Below, one piece after another: positions 41,541 through 51,700 of a DNA stretch of 64,000 nt. The position numbers were made by a program, and so were the translations under genes. Numbering within the stretch: position 1 is the stretch's first letter; each line of letters opens with the position of its first letter. The notes beneath the pieces were generated by a model that worked only from the letters and a program-made list of their open reading frames with translations, searched no databases and was not told where the DNA came from. The DNA is from Haliotis cracherodii. Its lineage: Eukaryota. The stretch spans positions 25,606,001 to 25,670,000 of the forward strand of contig NW_027266266.1 in the NCBI RefSeq assembly GCF_022045235.1. Reading direction: 5' to 3'.

Positions 41541-44500
41541 TCACATCTTCTTTATCCAGTCCAGCTCCCACTCCTTCATGGCCTTCTTCACCTTATTCCT
41601 GCCCCTGCTCCTTTCCAGACTCCTTTTCCTCCTGTGATGGGGGATGTCATGGATGCTGAGCCCAGCCACAGCAAACCGACTCCACTTGGGGCAGGCCGTC
41701 CCCGACCAGTACTCCAGCTTCCTCTGCAGGGCGGACATGACGTTGTCCTGGTCCACCGTGTCAGTCAGATGGAACTCCACCTCAGTCACGTCCCTGTTGT
41801 AGATCATCAGGATCTAGAGCAAGATGACAATGTACAACAACGTTCGTTTGGGGATTCTAATATTTGTTGTATGTACATGTTTTTCTGTTGTGAAAGATGA
41901 GGGATGACAATGGTTCAATTTTTGTAATATGCCTGTCAGTGTCAAATGACAAGGACGAGTTCGTTTTAAAGGATCAGGGAGCCTTGGATATGATATGGCA
42001 TTGATGGAATGTCAATATTATGTTGAAAGGAACCCCGATTATGAATAATACAATGGAAATCAAATGACAGCTATTTTAAAAATAAATCGGATTTTGTCAT
42101 TCCTAAACAATCAACATTCCAGCGGATTATTTCCCTCGAATAATTGATTCATTGAGAAGCATTTCTCATGCATACCTTTATAACATCCCTCATACTGGCC
42201 ATGTCTGCCTCAGACTCTATATACACCCTCACAACGCCAGACACCTGTCTTGCAAACTCTTGTTCAACCAGAGATACTAGCGGCGAGGGGTTGTCATCGC
42301 CGCTGTACAACAACTCCTCTCTGCTCTGTTGTGGGTCAGGCTGGTACTTGGAGTTCATCAGAGGCACTGCAAGCCCACATATAGTCCTAATGTACGATGT
42401 GGTATGGGTGCTACGGTGAGTTTCATAAAATAGATGTTACACAGAATAGGAAGCCAATCCTTTAACAATAGATCACTTTGGACAAAATGTAAATTATTTT
42501 CGTTACAGAGTTATCACGTTTGTAACGAACATTTTATCATCAACAGAACATGTTTAATCAATATCAATTCATAGTAGTGTGGAGCAAAGGTCTTGACAAG
42601 ATTTCAGTGTCAAGCTGACATTTTGACACACAATACCAGACATCTTTGAAATTATTAAATTCTTAGAAATAAGCAACTAATTTCAATCACTTACTTATTA
42701 GAGAATATAGCTGCGTGTTCTCCACACATACATTGCCGTCATGACACGCCAGAGAGTGAACACTTGATTCAGCGTTGTCGATGTTGAAGAAGGCAGCCTT
42801 GTCGACTACATCTTTGAACTGGTTTTTGGCAAGCGTCAGAAAAGTGTGAACCATGCCCACGCACCCACTCACTTTCTTATTCCATGTTGTTCCTACGAAT
42901 TAGACATGTAACGCAAACTGAATTATTGCTTTAAAGATTTCGGACACGGAAGGAGACCAGGTAGCATGATTGAAAGCAGTACTTGTATCAGTAGTAGAAG
43001 AGATTGGAACGAGCAACAACAAAACAATGCACTAGTTGTCAAGTTGTGTAAAAGAACCTTGGGCGTTACAGTAGCCGTGCTTTACTTTTACATGTGAGAT
43101 ACCTTTCCCAGGACATCCTCCACAGTTGTCCAGAACACACTTCTGGAGATCCGCCTCTATCGAACTCCTGGTCATTGTGGTCCCTGCAACTTTCATCAGG
43201 TCATCTCGAAGTGTGTTGGCCTGTTGTTGTCTGTGTTCCCTGGTCTCGCGACAGAAGGGGCTCTCCCGGTCGTGGAAACAGAACCTGATGTATGTATTAA
43301 CAGGACAAAGTAGCATAGACCAGTGTTTGTCATGACGATATGACATTTGGAAGTAGGTTCGCCAGAATTGTGCAAAGCTCAGACTTGAGTAGATCACTTC
43401 ACCACATATAAGCCATTAGTTTCACCACATGTAAACTTTAGTTTCACATTTAGTAAGTTGCAAGATATGAAAAAGAAACCTCATGAATTAAACAATACTA
43501 TTATTTAAAAAAATACAACTGATGGAACTTATGCCAAGTTCCAAACGTACCCAATTGAATATGTGTTGAAGGAGTAGTATGCGAACTGTTCACCAAGCCG
43601 CGGTGTTTTACATGTCCTCCTTTGGTTCAACGGATATATTGCTGGCCCCCCTACAGAAAGAAACAATGTTTATGATACATACATAAACGTGTATCCGCTC
43701 CGATTTTACAAGAGTGAATATTACCATTGTTATTTACATTGTGTCATTGACTCTAAAGCAGTTTCATTTAGGTGTTATTTTAATGTCCATTTCTCGAGTG
43801 TTTAGAATATCGATATAAAGGTTGTCATAACCTAGTAGGAATGTCATATACTCAAATGTTATGAAAACATTATGTACCTTTTCTGAGTTCGTTCATCGTT
43901 TGATGCATGATGTCAAAGAAAGCCTTATTTCCGGCATCCCACACATCAGCTATGTCACGAACATCACCGGAAGTCATCGGTCGAATGTCGAGGTATAATT
44001 TATCACTATGACAACCAATGCCAAGGCCACGTGACTGCAGTCGAAGCGTTGGAGAACAGCTTCTCAGAAACGCTTGTCCAATACTTACAAGGACCTCTGT
44101 TGATTGGTCTGCGATTGGCGTGACATACATAGCTTGCCCTGTTTCGAATCTGAACTTTTCTTGAGGATGTCTATGGTCAACGTCACGCATGTTGATGGAA
44201 TGGGACCTGGGTGGTACAATCATGTGTGGAAACAACGTATGACATTGACATGAAAAATATCTCTTCATCTAATATCCAGTAACATATCCCACATGTCACA
44301 GTTAGTGGTGATACAAATTCTTTCAAAATGTGCACAGCTTATCTTGTCAATCGATAAAGTGTAAGATTTTTCATCTACAAGAGCAAACTGCTGCTACGTA
44401 TCCAACAGAAGATTATATGGATATCCGTTATAAAAAAATTAAGCCTTCAATATCTATACATCTTTGTCCATATACACACCTGTAAGCAGAATTTTGAATG

Positions 44501-45690
44501 ACTCTGATTTCTTTTCCAAGATCATTTACCACCATCTCTAGACAGTCAACCAGGGATGTATCGAGTCTGAAGAACCTCCTCTCTGAGTGCTTGAAGTCAG
44601 ATATCTTAAAGTGTTGCGAGAGTGCTACGTCCTTATTGAAACCATCAAACAGTAAAGACTTTCTAGACTCGTCCTTCAATTCAGTGGGGTAGGCATAGTC
44701 TTCGTCCTTGACCCCTACAGCTAACAAAGTAGTAGCCTGGAACGGCACAACAGTTGCCCTGTAGCCGTCTTGCAGCTTGACATAGACGTCAATGGATGAA
44801 GACTTGGAAGTGTCTACGAAGTCAAACCCTGCACAGTTTGCCATAGAGCGGAGCTCGGATGTGGGAGGTGTTGTGCCTGATTGTGTAGAAATCTTGAGCT
44901 TCCTGTTGATTTGGTATATACACACAATGAATCATTGGTCTCTCATGGGGTAACATATTTATAAACCTCTATTGCTGTTTGATTGTTGTTTTTTGAAAAA
45001 AATAATATCATATTCATAGTTACATATGATTGATAAAAAATGGTTATAATAATACATAAAATTAATAAATTCGAATGTTAATATATATGCATGAGTTTGG
45101 GTATTCTGTCAAACATGTGTTGTTGTTTGTTGTTTAACGCCGCACTCTGCAATTTTCCAGCTATATCACGGCGGTCTGTAAATAAAGGAGTCTGGGCCAG
45201 ACAATCCAGTGGTGGGCAACAACGTTTTAGACAGCAATATAGAACGTATATGTATATGTGTAACTTTACCTCCCATTCATTTCAAGCATGATGCCATCAG
45301 ATGTTCCTTGATGAACTGCAAGGGATGGCTTTGACACACTTAATTTTGTACCTGTAGTGTGATAATAATACAGATATACTTGGATTAACGTCTTAGGAAC
45401 GATGGAATAGTCAACACAAAGTTGTTAAAGAGTTTGTCTGTCAGCCAAAGACATTGGTTCGATTCCCGAGAAGAAGATCCGGCGTTCGATTCCCGGCCGC
45501 ATGATACCAATAGACATTAAAATATGGTACTTGTTGTTACCATGTCTGGCGCTCGGCATTGAGGGGCTCAAACAAAGACTGTTCGGCTCGGAGTCAGTAT
45601 ACTGTGTCTGAGTGGGGTATTCATGTTACACTGCAGCATGGTATCTCAATGAGCCAGCACAATAAATCGGCATCAGTCCGGACTAATACA

Positions 45691-45749
<59 letters not shown>

Positions 45750-48700
45750 GCGTGCGCACGTGTGTCACGTCGCTATATAAGTGCAATAATCTTGGACGCG
45801 ACGTTAAACCCCATTTCACCTCACCTTGACTACCCTTACAATGATACTGCGATAAGCAACCGTTCACACTGATACTAATTCAATGAAACATAAATAAATG
45901 AGGTACACTTCCAAGAATCAATCTCAGTAAAGGAACATGACATCCCAAACAATCAGAGATTCACTGGAGTAACGATTATGCTTCAAATGCATATTATTTG
46001 ACCTGTGTTTTTGCAATTCGTTCGAACGGATTCAAAAGATAAATATTTTTATTTTCAAGAGAACATTTTTGCTGAGGATTTTAACTAAAAGTATATGTAT
46101 ATTGATATACATTGAAATGTGTAATGGATCGGGAAACAAAGAATAAAAGATTACCCTCATCTCATACTAGTATGAAACAATAATACCTGAATGATGATGG
46201 TGAACAATAGCGGCCATTCGTCGTAGGCGTATCGCCATTCTTGGGGTCATGACCCTCGTCTGACACCAATCCCAGGGTTCCGTACTGTCAGACCACTTGC
46301 ACGTGCTTTTGCATCTCCTGGTCGACTGATAGCATGTTGCCGATGATGATCCCTCGGGCTTGAATATGACGTCTTCATACGGATACTGAATTAGTCTGGG
46401 GGAAATGATATTCATCTTTTAAAGATGGCAAAATTTATATGGCTTCGATGCTATATCAACACGGATACTATCAACACATACCTATATTGTAAATCATGTT
46501 CTCTCAATGGGGGGTTGATGACGTGGGAAAGCACTTGATCCTGATGATGGTTCGCTCCTTGCTTGCAAACAGTAGAACCTGACTTAAGCCCTGAAAAGAG
46601 CAGTCCCCCGTGTGTGCTTTATATGTGTTATAGTGAAGAAATGACACTTTACCTGCAAATACGAAATCAATTGAATTTTGTGATACATTCTTCCTAAAGA
46701 ATAAAAAATTAAGACAGCTCTAGTTTCGATCTCATGTTTTTTAGACACCAGTGGCATTATGAATTCAATATGGTTGGTTGGTTGGTTTGCTGTTTTACGC
46801 CGCACTCAGTAATATTCCAGCTATATGACGGCGGTCTGTGAATAATCGAGTCTGGACCAGACAATCCTGTGATTGACATCACGAGCATCGATCCACGCAA
46901 TTGGGATTGATGACATGCATCAACCAAGTCAGCGATCCTGACCACCCGATTCCGTTAGTCGCCTCTTACGGCAAGCATAGTCGCCTCTTACGGCAAGCAT
47001 AGTCGCCTTTTACGGCAAGCATGGGATGCTGAAGACCATTTCTACCCCCGATCTTCACGGGTTTATTCAATAAGGATATGCACAGTTACACACATAACGA
47101 CAGCGTGCTGGACTACTCATGCCAAATTTAGCTGACACGCCATGATATACTGAAATACGGTTTAAAGTTTCTTAAAGACGTCATACACTCATTCATAGGT
47201 GTGCCAACTCATGAAATAACAGCAACATCCGTTGACTCGCTGTATTGACCTATCCTGATTTATCTGAATCTCGTTAAATACATGAAATGCTTCTTACGAT
47301 CCCACAAATTACCACAATTTCTCTCTATATATATACCTCCTTCAAGCCTTAATAATCTTTGACTTTCTTACCAGTTTCGTTTATTGTTCTTAGAAACGAC
47401 CCTTTCTCCAAACTGTCTCCAGAAGGTCCGATGGCCGATCGCTTTGATCTTTTTTGAGGCGTTGAACCATCATGAACACAGAATTCCACATGATCGGAAG
47501 TGGCATCAAAGAAAGGGAACCCAGCGCAAGCACCTAGTTCCGCCAATCTCTTCAACACTGGGGCTGACTTTTCCAACTGCAGAGGTTTAGATTTACTCGG
47601 GTTTTCAGTTGTCAGCGCCACCTGTAAAGCTCTTCCGGAATAGTGAAGTGAGGTAGCGCCATGACTTCCGTGAGGAAGATCCGATGTTGGTTCATCCCAT
47701 GCTTCAAGCACCACCAGTTTCCCTGTAGTATATGCAAATTGTAATTATTTTTATGATAAATACATATCGTATATGCACAATTGGTATGCTATCTTACCGT
47801 GTCCTCTTTTCTCACACATACATAATACTTATACTTTTTTATATTTGTATTTCCGATATTATTATCAATAAATTACATCCACTTTATGAAACTCTCATAG
47901 CGACCTATTTATTGTCAACCATTATCTGAATGACCTTAAATTTTAAAGGCAAATCACCATGTAGCCATGCCATATATGTCTTATTTTAAGTATTTTATTA
48001 TAAGACGCTAGTCCCCATTGTTCTTAACTTCTAGTGACCTCATCCTTTTGTTTTTACCGGGCCTTCATTTTGTTTAAAAGCCTCGAAGGCTTTCCAGCAG
48101 AACGAACCTGCAACCTCGCATATTATGTTTAATATTATAACCCACTGTTTTCAATCGGAGCCATCGGCCAGGTGATGAGAAGGGGTTATCTTATATGTGA
48201 CTGACTTCAGTTGTCTGCATGCTACAGGTGGCCTTTCCTCGCCTACTGTCTTCGAATTTGTTTTATACTACGACTACGGTATTGTTTTACCACTAGGCTT
48301 TTCGATGTTTTCTTAATCTTTCTGGTATTTCTTGCATTTCGACGATTTTTAAGTTAGTTAAAACACTCATCCCCAGTTCTGGTTGCACGAATTCCCGAAT
48401 TCGATTTTTTTCATTTTCAACCAAAACGTCTTCATCACATGATTGTATTGCACATTTACTGTCGGCCAACATCATACAGCAAACATGTATTCAACCCAAA
48501 GTCATCGACTAAATATTTTCATTTTCAATCTCACACCTACTCCTTGAATTTACAGCTTATCATCATCAACTTCGCAAACGTCACGAACTCAATGGTGCAG
48601 CGCGTCCTTACAACGAATTCTTACGGTTTGGCCATTCCTGTGCGGCAAACTGGCCGAGGGTAGTCAACGCTGCTGCTGCTGCTGAAGTCATCAATCTGTC

Positions 48701-51700
48701 TGCACAAGCATCAGTCTCGCTGTCGCCATTATCACTCCACACACATTTATGACAGGGCCGCTTTGACGTTCCACACCAGGTGGCACTGTCCTTTTCTTCT
48801 GATCGGAATAGGATGAAATCGCCTCCAATCAAGGTTAATCTGAAAGCGAAATGTCGTCATTAATTATCTCAAATCGCCACGTGAGGCCGATATGACCTCA
48901 GCGATACTGAGACAGTAGATCGAAGCCTATATGGCAATGTGAACACATACTTTGTAATCATATTAAACGTTAGATTATATTATTAATTGTTTTTCGTAAA
49001 ATAGTATTATTTCATTTTGATACCACACTTATCATCCAAGTTACAATATATGTTACGCTGAAGCTACTGCCAGTAGTCAAAAGCAAAATGTAAATAAAAA
49101 AAATAAAAAAATCCATAACCATGGGAATCTCCGTTGTCCGAATCAGACCATATAAGCATGTGCTTACTTCATGAAACAAAGCCTTCTCGTGACCTTACTT
49201 CTTAAAATTGCTATCTCCTCTAACGATCGCGTGGCCTGCTGCACCACAAATGTTTTCCATGGTCTTCCCATGAACATCAGCGACTGGAGGACCACAATTT
49301 GCGGAACAGACAGTGGAGAGAGTGTCGTTAACCAATGACTTGCGAATGACGGACGTGTCCACTAAGCCCAGATCCCTAAGAGGAATAAGAAATATGACTA
49401 TGTCAAATCATTAAGACAATAGTGTTTGATCATGCTTAATTGCATAGGATCATAGATTAATACTATGATTAATCATATAACTATCGGGTGTCCTTGGCAT
49501 GTTAATAACAATCTGTTGTGCAATGGGTATGATTATTAATGCATGTCAAGGGCAAGCAATAACAAAACGAAAGTGAAAAGTAATTAATTTACCATATGGT
49601 TTTATGGAAAGCTTTAGCCACAAAATCTGACTTGTCGAAGGTAAATATCCCGTCAACTGTGAGCGTGGCTGTTTCACAGCGACTGTATTCATCCTCGGTA
49701 GTTCGGGCGTACAGGACAGGCCTAAAACTTGCAACTTCCGGGGGCGTGAACACAAGGGAAACATCATGCTGAGACCACTGAACAGAAGCTTGTAAAGTGA
49801 CCTGGCAGACAAGAGGATAAATATTTTTAAAAAAATCAAATATATTCATGTAAAATAATGATTAGTATCGTTATTACTGTAAGGTGAGGAGACGTGAGAT
49901 GGTGTTTAGCGTCGCTTTCAAGATTATTTCACTTCTATGCCGACGTGCATGTATCCGTTTTTGTGTGACTGCTTGTGCTAGCCACACTGGACATGTACTA
50001 GTGCCGTATTGCTAACCCAAGGCGATACCATGCCGCAGATAACTTGGCTACCCCATTCAGACATATTTGACTGACAGTCATCTTAATGCCGAATGGCAGG
50101 CAGTGTAACAAGTACCATCTGTTAACGTCTTTTGATATACCGCGGCCAGGGATCGAACCCCCGACCTTAAGCTCTCCTATTATTGAAAGGACAAAGCCAA
50201 ATAGATGATACAAGAGTTGATATTGACACCTACGATCAGCGATTTCACGTAAGGTGAGGTAAAATTGGGTTTTACGTCGCTTCCAAGATTATCGCACTTA
50301 TATAGCGACGTGCATGCACGTGTGTGTGTGTGGCTGCTTGGACTAGTCCGGACTGATGCCGATTTATAGTGCTAGCCCACTGAGATACCATGCCGCAGTT
50401 TAACATGAATACCCAACTCAGACACATTATACTGACTCCGAGCCGACAAGTCCCTGTTTAGGACGATCTACCTCTTGACCACGGAGGCGGTCGGTTTCAC
50501 GTAAACATTAATTTCTGTCACGCTGACACCCATATTGACGATCAATATAATCATCACAACAGTATATGGTCTCACCTCTTGATAAAGGGACATCGAAAAG
50601 TTGTACTTGTTTGTGGAATGCCCGCTGAATGAATGGCCTGGTAATGACCAGCCAGTTGTAGTCAACTCCGTTTTCGGAATCTGCCCTGATGCTTCAGATG
50701 AGGCTGAATTCAAATATGATTATATATTCAAGTGTTTCTTATTCCAAAGATAGATACAGTACAGTAGTTGAAACTGGTAAATATATATAAAGCGGGCATA
50801 AAGATATCACTTTAGCATTACTCAATCACGGTAGACCAATACAAGTACATGGTAACTATTACTTAAAATCTTCATTACTATTTCTCTAAAAAAAATTCTG
50901 CACATGAGCTTCAGCAATTATGATACGATAATGACAATTAATACTCCATACTTGCAGTATAATTTCCTTGTACATGATATTTTCCACTGAAGTTGACTGG
51001 TCCATCAGATGTTGCGTTGACGTCTAAATATACAGTTTTGTGATATGAGATAACTAGTTGTATGGCTGGTAGTTTCTCATTCACCGTTGCAACTGGAATA
51101 GTCCGTAATATCGTTGTGGGAGTCTTGTCTAAGATAAGTTTTTCCTTGACGCCGACGGCTTTTCTGAAGTCCACGTCTAAGGCAACGTTGTAAATTGTAC
51201 CGACGTCGCCCTGAAACGTTTCTGAAGGTGTTACCGAAAGCACCGCTTTGTGGATTGTCTAATATCTTTTTAATATCGCAAGTGTTAGTTTTAGGTTTGT
51301 CCTTCGAGTTTGGTCAAGAATTACTGAAAAGCGATACATTCAAAAAGTTTTAGAACTATTTGAAAAATTGCATACAACCTGCATAAGGAATTTCTTGACA
51401 ATAGCTGTCTTGTTTCGTCTCTCAATGTCAAGTTCCCTGTAACAGAAGATGATTTGTTTTAAATGTTTTGTCAGTTTGAATGAAACATTTGGAGCAACGG
51501 TTGTGCCATTTTTTATTTTTTTTTATTTTCTGAATAGTTTGATTGTGTACATCTGAAATGAAAGATATGATATACATACTTCCCAATGTTCGATGTTTCA
51601 ATATTGTGTTCTGATATATATTGCATAATAATACTTACATTGTATGCCCAACGTGTCTCACTTCAAAACAATCCTTGCAGGTGAGGCGAAAGTCAACATC

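Noticed and set aside
46653-46693. Extra mini-exon in gene C (tttag..GCAG|gtaaag)
   Set aside because: Good splice signals, but inclusion between 47372 and 46590 shifts the frame into a stop; excluded pending RNA data.
46957-47022. CRISPR-like direct repeats
   Set aside because: Three contiguous 22-bp units with no spacers, inside a SINE in eukaryotic DNA.
47349-48839. Calling gene C 'hedgehog' (hh)
   Set aside because: No N-terminal CGPGR, no Hint/GCF autoprocessing domain, altered Zn ligands, duplicated Hedge domain and different intron positions.
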